Under the pieces are notes generated by a model. That model did no database searches. It was not told the DNA's origin and worked only from the letters and a program-made list of their open reading frames with translations. This document shows, in pieces, positions 1 through 8,678 of a stretch of 64,000 nucleotides of DNA (position 1 is the first letter of the stretch; each line of letters begins with the position of its first letter). The stretch covers positions 1 through 64,000 of the IMG/VR virus record IMGVR_UViG_3300009545_000002. One strand, 5' to 3'. A program made the translations under genes and the position numbers. Source of the DNA: a virus.

Positions 1-731
1 AGCAATGCCTTCAGGAAGGCGCTGGCGAACGTCTCGTTGACCTGCTGACGCGCGAGCTTGCGGGTGGTGGCCAGGAAGCGCTCCCACTGGTCGAAGACGA
101 TGCCCAGGTCAAGGCGCACGTCCTTGGCGTCGAACTTCGCGTTGTGCGGGATCTTGATGACGCTGCCGACCGGGTCGGTCTCGGAGGCCTTCTGTTCGCC
201 GTAGCCGGCGGCCATGGTGAGCGTGTTGTGGCAGACGACGCGCACGCTGGTGAATTTCGCCGTGGTGCTCATGCTGGCGTCGTAGCTGGTGGCCAGCAGC
301 ACGTAGGGCCGGATCATGTCGGCGTCCAGGATGCACTCGCCGTCGTTCACGCGGGCCAGTGCCCAGATGCGCTTGCCGCCGTCCAGCGCGCCGGCGGTCT
401 CGAGGCTGAAGTGGTTGTGCTCGATCAGCTCGGAGAAGAAGCCGAGGATCTCGGACGGCTGCACCACCTGGTACCACTTCGACACGACCGACAGCGGCGC
501 CTTCGTGTCGCTGCGGTAGAGGACGTCGCGATCCGGGAACGGGATCACCAGGCCGTCGGGCGTGGTGCACGAGACCTGCGACCGCTTGACCGTGTGGGAC
601 AGGCCGGCTTCAACGGCCCAGGTCGCGAGGTCGGCGCCGGCGGTGAGCTGCTTGCCCATGCGATGCCACGGGGTCTTGCCGACAAATGCAATAGCGTCGC
701 GGCCGGCGGTTTGGTCGATCATGTGTGCCAT
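1..731 (-). CDS. DUF932 / phage-plasmid protein (TIGR03299-like), 3' end runs off the window
   Basis: Not in the ORF track because it is truncated. Manual translation from ATG 731 gives MAHMIDQTAGRDAIAFVGKTPWHRMG...ETAGALDGGKRIWALAR...PYVLLATSYDASMSTTAKFTSVRVVCHNTL, typical DUF932 motifs. SD AAGGAG upstream. Confidence 0.85.
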   Translation of the reverse strand, partial: MAHMIDQTAGRDAIAFVGKTPWHRMGKQLTAGADLATWAVEAGLSHTVKRSQVSCTTPDGLVIPFPDRDVLYRSDTKAPLSVVSKWYQVVQPSEILGFFSELIEHNHFSLETAGALDGGKRIWALARVNDGECILDADMIRPYVLLATSYDASMSTTAKFTSVRVVCHNTLTMAAGYGEQKASETDPVGSVIKIPHNAKFDAKDVRLDLGIVFDQWERFLATTRKLARQQVNETFASAFLKAL

Positions 732-796
732 TTGGGAACTCCTTACAGTGGTTGAAATGGCGGGCCGTTGGCGCGGCCCGTCTAGGGAAAGTCGCC

Positions 797-1471
797 TTAC
801 GCGACAGACTCGGTTTCGGCCGCCGCGGCGGTGAGGACGGCTGTCGCCGCCTTCCACTCGTCTTGCAGGCCGTAGTTCTTGGCGCAGACCGGGCCGAAGC
901 CCGCTGCTGTGCTGGTTTCATCCTTCAGTGCCGTGTTGCAGAAACAGCAGCGGCCGGTCAGTCGGCCATGCTTCTTCGCGGTACCGGCCGGGTCCTGCGA
1001 GAACGCACGCAGGAAGCGGCTGACCGTTTCCAGGTCCTGCTCGCTCGCCGCCCGGCCTTGTGTCCAGTTGCCGGCAGCGTCGACTCGCCCGAACCACACG
1101 TTCGAGCCGTAGGCGCCGCCGTCGGTCACTTGCACCTGGCCTTCGTACTTGCTGCGCGAGCCGGCCAGCGAGAGCTGAATGGGTTGGTGCTCGACCTGCA
1201 GCGTGATCTTCGGGAATTGCAGCTTCTGCTTCGCGCGGGCGAACAGTTTCACGACCCCGGAGAAGTCACCGACCGATTCGGTCTTCGGCGCCTGCGCTTG
1301 CGGGTCCGCCGCGCGCTGGGTCAGTTTGTCGACCCAGAGCCACTGCTTGTCGGACAGCTCGCGCTTGCGGTTGAAGCTGCTGAGCAGATCACGCGCGAAG
1401 GTCTGGTCGCCCGCGCTCAGGCGCGGGATGGCGTCGGACAGGGCTTCGACTCGGAGGGTGGTGGCGTTCAT
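797..1471 (-). CDS. DUF6011-type Zn-finger phage protein
   Basis: C-terminal CCFCNTALKDETSTAAGFGPVCA motif. Start MNATT follows SD TAAGGAG. Confidence 0.75.
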   Translation of the reverse strand: MNATTLRVEALSDAIPRLSAGDQTFARDLLSSFNRKRELSDKQWLWVDKLTQRAADPQAQAPKTESVGDFSGVVKLFARAKQKLQFPKITLQVEHQPIQLSLAGSRSKYEGQVQVTDGGAYGSNVWFGRVDAAGNWTQGRAASEQDLETVSRFLRAFSQDPAGTAKKHGRLTGRCCFCNTALKDETSTAAGFGPVCAKNYGLQDEWKAATAVLTAAAAETESVA

Positions 1472-1584
1472 TTCCGGGGACTCCTTACAGTCTTTGGGGG
1501 CAGATCGGGTCTCGGGGCCGTTGGCGCGGCCCGTCGGGCTTTGCGGGAGAGGCAGTCTAGATACTGTTTTCTTTCCCACTGACT

Positions 1585-1637
1585 TTATTATATCCCGTTA
1601 ATCCTGATATTCGCAGGGTTACGCAAATATATTTGCG
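1585..1637 (-). promoter_or_regulatory. Leftward promoter/operator element
   Basis: TATAAT on the minus strand at 1587-1592. Perfect 16-bp palindrome CGCAAATATATTTGCG at 1622-1637. A similar copy lies at 3919-3969. Confidence 0.55.
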
Positions 1638-1686
1638 CCCCGGCGCATATTCGCGGCTGATACCAGATACCCGACGCCACAAACAG

Positions 1687-1709
1687 AAAGGCCCCTCGCG
1701 GGGCCTTTT
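1687..1709. terminator. Bidirectional intrinsic terminator
   Basis: AAAGGCCCC-TCGC-GGGGCCTTTT hairpin. Confidence 0.7.
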
Positions 1710-1904
1710 CGGAAGGGTGGTCAGGGTCAGCCGCTCACATCTCGCCCTCGATGATCCAGCCGGCCCACCGGCACAAGGCTTCCTCCGCGGCCATCCGCAC
1801 CAGCACCGGGGCGACCAGGTCCCAGTCGTTGGCAGCAACGAACCGCTCTTGCTCCGCCAGACAAGCTGCCGTTTTGATGACGGTCGCAGCCGAGGCGCTC
1901 ATCT

Positions 1905-2114
1905 TCACGCTCTCCGGGCGGGCAGTTCCGCCGCGCGGACCATCTTGGCCAGCCAGTCCGGGTCGGCGGCCTCGAGCGCCTTGAACTTCGCCAGGTCGCT
2001 CGGGACGAGCCCGATGTACTTCTTGACGCGGCGCTCGTGCGCCTGCTTCGGCGGGCGCCCAACCGGGTTCTTCGGGCGCGTGTCGGTTGCGGTTGTGTCG
2101 GTTGCGGTGGACAT
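1905..2114 (-). CDS. Small DNA-binding protein (GRPPK motif, BrnA/RHH-like)
   Basis: MSTATD...VGRPPKQAHERRVKKYIGLVPSDLAKFKAL...DWLAKMVR. SD AAAGGAG. Confidence 0.5.
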   Translation of the reverse strand: MSTATDTTATDTRPKNPVGRPPKQAHERRVKKYIGLVPSDLAKFKALEAADPDWLAKMVRAAELPARRA

Positions 2115-2125
2115 CTCGGCTCCTT

Positions 2126-2371
2126 TCAGGGGTGGAAGATTTTGATGAGGGCTACCGTCGAGGTCGCGACCGTGATGATCACGGCCGCTGCGGCGGCGAC
2201 GATCGGGATGTAGGGGTACCAGGTCGTTTCGAGGCGCATCTTCGCGGCCTCGGCCGTCAACTTCTCGCGTTCGGCCTCGAACTTGATCGCCTCGGCTTCC
2301 ATCCTTCTGACGGTGGCGCGCATTTCCAAGAGGGACTCTTCCCTCAGGTCTGCGGATTCTTCGGGGGTCAT
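2126..2371 (-). CDS. Hypothetical coiled-coil protein with a C-terminal TM helix
   Basis: Charged heptads followed by IPIVAAAAAVIITVATSTVALI. Confidence 0.55.
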   Translation of the reverse strand: MTPEESADLREESLLEMRATVRRMEAEAIKFEAEREKLTAEAAKMRLETTWYPYIPIVAAAAAVIITVATSTVALIKIFHP

Positions 2372-2374
2372 GGG

Positions 2375-2566
2375 TCAGCCTTTCAGGGTGGCGATGGTCT
2401 GCGGGTCGTTGGTGAACCCGAACAGGTACCAGCCGGTCACATGCGCGTTGGGCATGCGGCCGTATGCGCTGATGGATCCGTCTTGGTGGACCTTGAATTT
2501 GCGGGCGCCGAACTTGGCGCGGAGGGCATCTCGAATCTGTCTGCCGCTCATGGTTTGTGTCTTCAT
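2375..2566 (-). CDS. Hypothetical phage protein
   Basis: MKTQTMSGRQIRDALRAKFG..., SD AGGAG, tight operon packing. Confidence 0.5.
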   Translation of the reverse strand: MKTQTMSGRQIRDALRAKFGARKFKVHQDGSISAYGRMPNAHVTGWYLFGFTNDPQTIATLKG

Positions 2567-2610
2567 GGGTTGGGCTCCTGTGCTCACAATTATTATCCTC
2601 CGAAAACTGG

Positions 2611-2994
2611 TCAGTCGAGGATGTTGTATCCACGACCAGCGAGGCACCGCTTGATGACCATCTCCTGGGTCTCGTTGGCGCGTTCGGCCATGGCGCCGCC
2701 GCCTGCAGCAGCGCCGTAGGCCGCCGTCTCGTTGCGGTATCCACGGGCGCCCAGAGCTGCGCCGAGCAGCGCGCCGAAGATGGCGCCGGCGATCGCGGCC
2801 TGTCCGGCGCTCGCCTTCTTGTTGGCATAGGTCTGGCACTCGTACAGGTCGCTGCGGAAGCTCTCGTCCGTGTGGCCTTGCATATCGACCATCGGGACAT
2901 ATGCGGCGCCGCGCGGGGCGATTGCGCAGCCTTGCAGGGTCAGGGACACGCAGACGACGCTCAAGAGCAGCTTGGATTTCAGTTGGTACTTCAT
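2611..2994 (-). CDS. Glycine-zipper lipoprotein
   Basis: Lipobox LQGC after a hydrophobic signal, then GAIFGALLGAALG / GAAAGGG glycine zipper. Confidence 0.7.
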   Translation of the reverse strand: MKYQLKSKLLLSVVCVSLTLQGCAIAPRGAAYVPMVDMQGHTDESFRSDLYECQTYANKKASAGQAAIAGAIFGALLGAALGARGYRNETAAYGAAAGGGAMAERANETQEMVIKRCLAGRGYNILD

Positions 2995-3082
2995 TGGGAA
3001 ACCTCGGTTACTACACATTCAGGAAATTGGCGGACACGGCTGCGCCGCGCCCGAGGGCGCTGGGTGGGGTATTGCTGGGTGG

Positions 3083-3658
3083 TTAGGCCTCTTCTGTCAG
3101 GACCGCATCAACCTCGCGCGCGAGGTCTGGGCGATGCAGCTTGATGAAGGCCGCCAGAGCCGGCCGCAATTCCGCGCGGTTGCTTTCGACGAGCACCCGA
3201 AACACGTCGGTGCGCCGCAGTTCGCCGATGGAGTCGGCGGCGCACTTGATGTAGAGCTCGAGGTCGTCGACCTCCGCCGTGCCTTGCTGGACGTCGCGCG
3301 CGTGGTATGGGCAGACGTCGTTTTCGTCGTAGGCGTCGCGCAGCTCATCCGCGAAGACGCGGAACTGGGCGGAGACGCGGAACTCGGCGTCGGGATACTC
3401 CTGGCCGACGCTGGTGGCGGCCGTCAGCGCCAGCAGCGCCAGCGACAGGCGTTCCTTGACGCACTTGGTCAGGCGGGCGTCGAGGGCTTCGAGCCAGTCC
3501 ATCACGAAGGCGCTGCCGCTGACGCCGTGCTCGCGCACGTAGCGCACGCGGGTCTGCGTGATGTTCATGGAGGCGGCCAGGCCGCGGATGGTCTTGCCGT
3601 GCATGCGCATGAGGCGCTGCACCTGGCGGCCGCTGAGGGTTGGGGTGCCGGCGCTCAT
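3083..3658 (-). CDS. Hypothetical protein with an N-terminal HTH-like segment
   Basis: TIRGLAASMNITQTRVRYVRE resembles a helix-turn-helix. Confidence 0.5.
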   Translation of the reverse strand: MSAGTPTLSGRQVQRLMRMHGKTIRGLAASMNITQTRVRYVREHGVSGSAFVMDWLEALDARLTKCVKERLSLALLALTAATSVGQEYPDAEFRVSAQFRVFADELRDAYDENDVCPYHARDVQQGTAEVDDLELYIKCAADSIGELRRTDVFRVLVESNRAELRPALAAFIKLHRPDLAREVDAVLTEEA

Positions 3659-3660
3659 GA

Positions 3661-3858
3661 TCAGGCTCCGATCCGCAGGGCGGCCAGGTTGGCAACCCGG
3701 AGCGCTTTGGTCGCGCGAGCCCGGAAGAGCGCCGCGGCGCTGCGGTTCCTGATGAAGTCGGCATGCCGCGCGCAGCGGAAATTGATGCGGGCAATCGCCT
3801 CGCAGGCATCCATCACTTGGGCAAGCTGCAGGTGACGATGGGTGCTCAGTCTGCTCAT
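3661..3858 (-). CDS. Hypothetical protein
   Basis: 65-aa ORF with SD TAAAGGAG, first gene of a leftward operon. Confidence 0.5.
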   Translation of the reverse strand: MSRLSTHRHLQLAQVMDACEAIARINFRCARHADFIRNRSAAALFRARATKALRVANLAALRIGA

Positions 3859-3885
3859 ATTGACTCCTTTACAGTCATTGGGCGG

Positions 3886-3969
3886 GTTACTAGTAACTTG
3901 GCAATTACTAGTTGACGTTAATTATACTCGTTTACCGCATACTCACGGGGTGTATCTCAAATATGTTTG
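3886..3969. promoter_or_regulatory. Divergent AT-rich control region with inverted repeats
   Basis: Palindrome GTTACTAGTAAC (3886-3897), inverted repeat ACTAGTAA-N8-TTACTAGT, TATAAT on minus at 3921-3926, TATACT on plus at 3923-3928. Confidence 0.55.
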
Positions 3970-5366
3970 TCGGCGCTGTGCCCATGCCGGTAGTTAATCA
4001 ACTGCTCGGCGCATCGAATTGCACGAACTGGCGGGAGATATTCGTCTGCTGCTCCGGCTCGTTTCGCGTCGATCGCGCGCTCAAGACGAAATACCCGGAC
4101 AAGGTGGTGCGTGGCAATGACGTCTCGATGGTCTCCTGCGCCGTCGGCGCGCTGCTCACCGGGCGCGCGTTCGACATCAAGTTCAAAGGGCGCCTCGCCT
4201 TCATGGAGGATGCCGGCCTGGCCGACTTCGACACGCGCGTCGCCGCGGTGATCGTGGCCCTCGGGCTTGGCCAGTTCTCCTCCGACAACGCCTACGCCCG
4301 CGGCCACTTCGATCACGGGCAGCGCAACTTCGCCGCCTTGCTCGCGAAGGCCAGGGAGAAGGTCGCGCTGCTCGCGAGCGGCGTGAAGCTCGACGACTTC
4401 TTCGCCGGCGACTTCCGCGTGCATGCGCAGCGCGCGATCGACACCGGCGCGGGCCTTGCCGGGTTCATGCCGACGTACAAGGGCGGCTACGAGCGCCTCT
4501 ATCGATTCATCGACGAGAACGTCGTTTGGGACCGGCCGACCTTCGAGACATGGGACCCGAAGGATCTGCCGGATTGGCTCGCCGGCGTCGCGCGCGCCGG
4601 CGTGCCCTACATGGTCATCACGGACCAGGCCCTGCAGGGCTTCCGCGCGTCGACCGAGTACCGCTCGACGACGAACAAGCCGATCTACGGCTACATCGGC
4701 GAGGGCAAGTCATCGTTTCGCAGGAACCTGAACCGCGGCGCCTCGTTCGCGTACCAGAAGGTCGACCCGTACTCGCTCGGGCCGATGACCGACGTGCAGC
4801 TCGTGCCGGCCAGCAGCGCGGCGATGAACTTCCTGCGCAACGCCTACCTGGCCAAGGGCATCGCGCACTGCACCGGCACCGTCAACTACCTGGTGATGCT
4901 CGACGGCAAGCTCGCCGGCGGCTTCATCTACACGCGCGACAAGTGGGATGCCTCGCACTGCATCTACCTGCTGTCGGACTTCTGCATCGTCCACGAGCGC
5001 CGCATGGCCAAGCTGGTGGCGATGCTCGCGACCAGCTTCGAGACCGTCGATGCCTGGGGCAAGCGCTTCGTTTCGCGGCCGACCTTGCTCTGCACGACGG
5101 CCTTCACCGATCAGCCTGTGTCCATGAAATACCGAGGAATCTATGAGCTCACGAGTCGCAAGCCGGGCGCCCTCAACTACCAGTGCGCCATCGGCAGCCG
5201 AGAGCGAACCGCCAAAGCCATCTACCTCGAATGGCTCGGGCGCTTCGCAAAAGCTGGTGACGCGGATCGTGCGCGTCAAGCTGAAGACGCTGCGAGCGCT
5301 CGACAAGAACGCCCGCTACATGGCCGAACCGGAGTTCAACCGGCTGGTGGACAACCTGCGGCATGA
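3963..5366 (+). CDS. Putative DNA-modification protein: degenerate adenine-methylase-like N-terminus plus Mom/GNAT-like C-terminus
   Basis: MFVGAVP start, VCCSGSF (motif-I-like) and GNDVS, FMPTY at the motif-IV position, C-terminal YLLSDF...KLVAM...TTAFTDQPVSMKYRG. Confidence 0.6.
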   Translation: MFVGAVPMPVVNQLLGASNCTNWREIFVCCSGSFRVDRALKTKYPDKVVRGNDVSMVSCAVGALLTGRAFDIKFKGRLAFMEDAGLADFDTRVAAVIVALGLGQFSSDNAYARGHFDHGQRNFAALLAKAREKVALLASGVKLDDFFAGDFRVHAQRAIDTGAGLAGFMPTYKGGYERLYRFIDENVVWDRPTFETWDPKDLPDWLAGVARAGVPYMVITDQALQGFRASTEYRSTTNKPIYGYIGEGKSSFRRNLNRGASFAYQKVDPYSLGPMTDVQLVPASSAAMNFLRNAYLAKGIAHCTGTVNYLVMLDGKLAGGFIYTRDKWDASHCIYLLSDFCIVHERRMAKLVAMLATSFETVDAWGKRFVSRPTLLCTTAFTDQPVSMKYRGIYELTSRKPGALNYQCAIGSRERTAKAIYLEWLGRFAKAGDADRARQAEDAASARQERPLHGRTGVQPAGGQPAA

Positions 5367-5955
5367 CGGCGTGCTGACGTCGCTGCCGCTGGTCTACCGC
5401 GGCGAGATCCTCTCGGGCAACCACCGCGTGCAGGCGGCGATCAAGGCCGGCATCGTCGACGCCGACGTGATCGAGATCACCAGCGAGCTCGACGAGCAGC
5501 AGCGCCGCGCCATCCAGCTCTCGCACAACGCGCTGACCGGCAAGGACGACCCGAACGTGCTGCGCGAGATCTACGAGAGCCTCTCGCTCGACTGGCAGAA
5601 GTACAGCGCGGTCTACGAGGAAATGTTCAAGCTCGACGAGGCGAAGGCGGTCACGCTCGGCATCCCGATCGCCAAGTATCAAGAGCTCGTCGTCGCCTTC
5701 CTGCCCGAGGACCGGGCCGCGTTCTACGAATTCGCGATGACGCTCGAGCGGCGCTACAAGAAGGCCGACGTGATCGTCGGCGAGGTCTCGAGCTTCGACG
5801 CGTTCTTCGAGGCCATCCTGGCCGTCAAGGAAGGCCGCAACATCGGCAACACGGGCACCGCGCTGCGCGTGATGGCCGACATCGTGTCGCGCGTGATGGC
5901 CGAAGAGACGGCCGTCGCCGAGACGCAAAAGCTATCGAAGAAGCGCGGCCATTGA
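5143..5955 (+). CDS. ParB/Srx N-terminal domain protein
   Basis: LDKNARYM...LVDNLRHDGVLTSLPLV...ILSGNHRVQAA is a ParB-N signature. Overlaps the end of the upstream gene; true start uncertain. Confidence 0.75.
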   Translation: MSSRVASRAPSTTSAPSAAESEPPKPSTSNGSGASQKLVTRIVRVKLKTLRALDKNARYMAEPEFNRLVDNLRHDGVLTSLPLVYRGEILSGNHRVQAAIKAGIVDADVIEITSELDEQQRRAIQLSHNALTGKDDPNVLREIYESLSLDWQKYSAVYEEMFKLDEAKAVTLGIPIAKYQELVVAFLPEDRAAFYEFAMTLERRYKKADVIVGEVSSFDAFFEAILAVKEGRNIGNTGTALRVMADIVSRVMAEETAVAETQKLSKKRGH

Positions 5956-6318
5956 GCTCTATCGGCGACCCCGACCGATAGGACACGGCTTTTCAGTTTT
6001 CAGCGATCGCCGGCCGACCGCGATAGGCGGCGGCGATTCAGTGCTCGCCAATCGGCACATCGCGGCCATAGGGCACGGCAATTCAGTTTTCGCCAATGGG
6101 CGCTCTTCGCCGATAGGCGTTGACTTCCGGTGAATTTCAACTATCGGGGCCGTCCGCCGACATGCCCTGACTATCTATTGGCGCCAAATTGCCGATACCA
6201 GGTGACTATCTATCGACGACTCGAATCGATATTGAAAAGTCATCGGTGCAAAAAACTATCGTCGAATCGAGTCGATTGAGGACTATCGGATACCCGAGTC
6301 GTTATGCGATGACTATCC
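5932..6318. repeat. Non-coding cluster of CTATCG/CGATAG hexamers
   Basis: Nine exact copies (5932, 5959, 5976, 6021, 6111, 6141, 6210, 6256, 6283) plus near-copies. Confidence 0.65.
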
Positions 6319-6356
6319 ATACGTTTCAAGCATGGAATTTAAGTACACAACGACTC

Positions 6357-6369
6357 TAAGCTGTTGATT
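6357..6369 (-). promoter_or_regulatory. IHF consensus site in the putative cos/pac region upstream of terS
   Basis: Minus-strand AATCAAcagcTTA matches WATCAANNNNTTR. Confidence 0.55.
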
Positions 6370-6533
6370 TATAAGAAGAAAAACGACCTTCGCCTACGAT
6401 GCGATCGCAGGTGTGGTAAGGGGGTAGTGAGGAAAAGCGCAAATATTGCGCGGCGAGGCTACACGCGTCTTTGGCGGGGGGTGTGGTTTTGTCCAGTATT
6501 TCAGTCCCAGCCAATCTCAAGCGAGTCATCAAG

Positions 6534-7007
6534 ATGTCAGGCCCACCGAAAAAACCCACCGCGCTCAAGCTGATCGCCGGAAATCCCGGCGGAAAGAAGC
6601 TGCCGGTCAACGAGCCGAAGCCGAAGATCGAGGTGCCGAGCCAACCGCGCCATTTGAACGCAGAGGCGCGGGCGGAATGGGATCGCCTCGCGCCGGTGCT
6701 CATGCGTCTGAAGCTGCTCACGCGGCTCGATCGCGCGGCCTTCGCGAGTTACTGCGTGGCCTGGGGTCGGCATGTCGAAGCGGAAGAGCAGCTGGCCAAG
6801 GCCTCGGCGCTCGCCTTCACCGGCAACGGCTACCCGATCATCAACCCGTGGTTCATCATCTCGAAGCAGTCGGTCGAGCAGATGTCGAAGTTCCTGTCCG
6901 AGTTCGGGCTGACGCCGGCGGCGCGCACGCGCATCGGCACGCCGGCACCGCCCGAGCCACAAGGCGACGATGGCCAAGAAGAAAAGCGCAGCCACTTCGA
7001 GTTCTGA
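6534..7007 (+). CDS. terS: Terminase small subunit (P27 family)
   Basis: MSGPPKKPTALKLIAGNPGGK...ARAEWDRLAP...NPW...EFGLTPAARTRI. Confidence 0.92.
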   Translation: MSGPPKKPTALKLIAGNPGGKKLPVNEPKPKIEVPSQPRHLNAEARAEWDRLAPVLMRLKLLTRLDRAAFASYCVAWGRHVEAEEQLAKASALAFTGNGYPIINPWFIISKQSVEQMSKFLSEFGLTPAARTRIGTPAPPEPQGDDGQEEKRSHFEF

Positions 7008-8565
7008 AGGCGGCGCCGGCGGCTTCTGGTTCGACACCGCCGCGGCAGACCGAGCGGTCGCCTTCTTCAGCGAGTGCCTGACGCACGCGAAGGGCGAGCT
7101 CCAGGGGCAGCCGCTGGTGCTGGCCGACTGGGAGGCCGACCGGATCGTGCGGCCGCTCTTCGGCTGGAAGCGCGCCGACGGCACGCGCCGCTACCGCAAG
7201 GTCTACGTAGAGGTCCCGCGCAAGAACAACAAGAGCACCTTGTGCGCCGGCATCGCGCTCTACCTGCTGCACGCCGACCGCGAGCCTGGTGCCGAGGTCT
7301 ACTCGGCGGCGGCGGATCGCGAGCAGGCGGCGATCGTCTTCGACGTGGCCAAGCAGATGGTCACGCAGTCGCCGCGCCTCCTGCAGCGCACCGAGCTCTA
7401 CCGGCGCGCGATGGTGCACCTCGAGTCGGCCAGCAGCTACAAGGTGCTGTCCGCTGATGCCTTCACGAAGCACGGGCTGAACGCGCACGGCGTGGTCGTC
7501 GACGAGGTCCACGTGCAGCGCAATCGCGAGCTGATCGACGTGCTGTCCACCTCCGTCGGCTCGCGCCGCCAGCCGGTCGAGGTCTACATCACCACCGCCG
7601 GCTTCGACCGCAAGACGATCTGCTGGGAGCTCCACGACTACGCGCAGCGCGTGCTGAAGGGCGTCATCGACGACCCGTACTTCCTGCCGGTCATCTATGC
7701 GGCCGAGCCGACCGACGACTGGACCGACGAGGCCGTGTGGGCGAAGGCGAATCCCGGCCTGGGCAAGTCGATCAAGCTCGAATACCTGCGCGCCGAGTGC
7801 AAGAAGGCCCTCGAGATCGCGGCCTACGAAAACACCTTCAAGCGCCTGCACCTGAACATCTGGACGTCGCAGGAAAACCGCTGGATGCGCGTCGAGCAGA
7901 CCTGGGATCCGTGCAACGCCGCGACGGTGCCGCTGGAGTTGATGAAGGGCCGCCGCGCCTGGCTCGGCATCGACCTGTCTTCCACGACGGACCTGTCGGC
8001 GGTCGTGGCGCTGGTCGCGGATCCGGATGAACCGGGCCAGTTCGACATCGTGCCGTTCTTCTTCGTGCCCGAAGAGCGCATCGAACTGCGCTCGCGCCGC
8101 GACCGCGTGCCGTACCAGCTCTGGCGCGACCAGGGCTTCCTCATCGCCACCGAGGGCGACGTCGTCGACTACGACGTGATCCGCGAGAAGGTGCGCGAGC
8201 TCGGCGAGATCCTGGACGTGCAGGACATCGCGATCGACCGTTGGAATTCGACGGGTCTGCAGACCCAGCTCACGGGCGACGGCTTCGTCGTCACCAAGTT
8301 CGGCCAGGGCTTCGCTTCGATGAGCGGGCCGACCAAGGAGCTCGAGCGGCTGCTGATGTCCAAGGCGCTGCGCCACGGTGGCCACCCGGTGCTGCGCTGG
8401 ATGGCCGACAACGTGGCCGTGAACCAGGACCCGGCCGGCAACATCAAGCCGGACAAGGCCAAGAGTACGGAGCGCATCGACGGCATCGTCGCGCTCGTCA
8501 TGGCCATCGGCCGCGCTCTCGCGGTCGAGGTCGAGGAACCCGCCTACACGATGCTTTTCGTGTAG
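6970..8565 (+). CDS. terL: Terminase large subunit (Terminase_1 family)
   Basis: Walker A VPRKNNKST, Walker B VVVDEVH, ITTAG, nuclease motifs GIDLSSTTDL and RIDGIVALVMA. Confidence 0.95.
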   Translation: MAKKKSAATSSSEGGAGGFWFDTAAADRAVAFFSECLTHAKGELQGQPLVLADWEADRIVRPLFGWKRADGTRRYRKVYVEVPRKNNKSTLCAGIALYLLHADREPGAEVYSAAADREQAAIVFDVAKQMVTQSPRLLQRTELYRRAMVHLESASSYKVLSADAFTKHGLNAHGVVVDEVHVQRNRELIDVLSTSVGSRRQPVEVYITTAGFDRKTICWELHDYAQRVLKGVIDDPYFLPVIYAAEPTDDWTDEAVWAKANPGLGKSIKLEYLRAECKKALEIAAYENTFKRLHLNIWTSQENRWMRVEQTWDPCNAATVPLELMKGRRAWLGIDLSSTTDLSAVVALVADPDEPGQFDIVPFFFVPEERIELRSRRDRVPYQLWRDQGFLIATEGDVVDYDVIREKVRELGEILDVQDIAIDRWNSTGLQTQLTGDGFVVTKFGQGFASMSGPTKELERLLMSKALRHGGHPVLRWMADNVAVNQDPAGNIKPDKAKSTERIDGIVALVMAIGRALAVEVEEPAYTMLFV

Positions 8566-8678
8566 TCGGCCGGGGCAGTCCCGGACTGAATTACCGCGCC
8601 GCTCTCATCAGCTGAGAGCCGCCCCTTTTCTCCATGTTGCCCGCCTTCGTGCGGGCACTTTCATTTGCGGAGTGCGAA

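Noticed and set aside
7213-7239. Inactive terminase because Walker A reads RKNNKS rather than RKNGKS
   Set aside because: The catalytic Lys-Ser/Thr, Walker B and nuclease residues are intact; most likely a tolerated variant.
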